DNA of 64,000 nucleotides from Rhizodiscina lignyota (Eukaryota): NCBI GenBank assembly GCA_010015805.1, contig ML978143.1, positions 62,001 to 126,000 of the forward strand, read 5' to 3'. Shown piece by piece: positions 63,317 to 64,000 of this stretch (position 1 is its first letter; each line of letters starts with the position of its first letter). The notes under the pieces were generated by a model. It saw only the letters and a program-made list of their open reading frames with translations, ran no database searches and was not told where the DNA came from. The position numbers and the translations under genes were made by a program.

Positions 63317-64000
63317 ATGGCAGACCCGATAAACTCAGGAATCCCCGAAGAAGACCTTGACGAATCCTCCGACGAGGACTTCAATCCAGCCGCGCACGCC
63401 GATAACGAGTCTGCATCCAGCTCTGAATCGGATGGTGGAGGCACCGCAGCCGCCAAAGCGACCTCAAAAAAGGCGCCGAAGAAGAGAAAGCGAGCAGAGC
63501 TCGATGCCGCGCTAGACTCTGGCGACGAGGAAACGATCCAAGAGCGACGGAAGAAAAAGCGCAAGGCCAAAGGGAAAGGCAAAGGAGCTGCTGGCAATGG
63601 CGATGAGGACGACTTCGTGTACAGCGAGGACGAGGGGCGCGAAGGTGGTCTGATCAAAACACGAGCGCAGCGAAGGACAGAAGTTAAGGAGCGGAGACCG
63701 CTAGCGGGGATTGAAGGTGCAACAGCGGACGTAGATGCGATATGGGCTCGGCTAAGCGGTGCGCCTATTGGGGGAGCGCCTGGGAGCGTGCTCGGCGGTA
63801 AAGAGGTTGATGCGAAAGGACAGGAGAATAAAGAGAATATCAATGGGTCACTGGGAGAAGAGGAATACATCACGATTAAGCGTACATATGAGTTTGCGGG
63901 CGAGGTCAAGACGGAGGAGCGACGCGTGCCTAAACACTCTGCTGAGGCGAAAGTATATCTCGAGTCGCAAGCAGCAAAAGGGGACAAATCGGCAGACAAT
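63317..64000 (+). CDS. SWC5: SWR1 complex subunit Swc5 (BCNT family), 5' part running off the window
   Basis: Acidic N-terminus DESSDEDFNP, LDSGDE, GLIKTRAQR and EEYITIKRTYEFAGE...VPKHSAEAK; frame open to the window end. Confidence 0.88.
   Translation, partial: MADPINSGIPEEDLDESSDEDFNPAAHADNESASSSESDGGGTAAAKATSKKAPKKRKRAELDAALDSGDEETIQERRKKKRKAKGKGKGAAGNGDEDDFVYSEDEGREGGLIKTRAQRRTEVKERRPLAGIEGATADVDAIWARLSGAPIGGAPGSVLGGKEVDAKGQENKENINGSLGEEEYITIKRTYEFAGEVKTEERRVPKHSAEAKVYLESQAAKGDKSADN

Noticed and set aside
63310..63999. 229-aa minus-strand ORF
   Set aside because: Antisense shadow of SWC5, which runs off the window on the plus strand.

Overview
Gene-dense filamentous ascomycete (Pezizomycotina) nuclear DNA with short GT-AG introns and CTRAC branch sites. 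It carries about 25 apparently intact genes: DnaJ, a RIB2-type deaminase, a WBP2-like protein, POT1 thiolase, DSC2, three transcription-factor-like genes, a HET-domain protein, OST-alpha, DUF3176, an LsdA/ferritin-like protein, a ZIP zinc transporter, a PL1 pectate lyase, an ADH, a P450, SWC5 and several small secreted proteins. Many decayed genes lie between them. Most unusual: (1) an orphan, degenerate LSU (25S/28S) rRNA fragment interrupted by two precise spliceosomal introns; (2) a secreted Kex2-processed precursor of four six-cysteine, Gln-initiated peptides; (3) a MACPF/CDC-like gene with a possible lectin tail, whose reading frame is broken by a TAG at a probable Trp codon; (4) a RIP-eroded patatin-TPR NLR relic lacking its NB-ARC domain, head-to-head with an intact HET gene; (5) a glutamate decarboxylase with a clean in-frame deletion of the PLP-lysine region. 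All family assignments come from recognising motifs by eye; no database searches were run.
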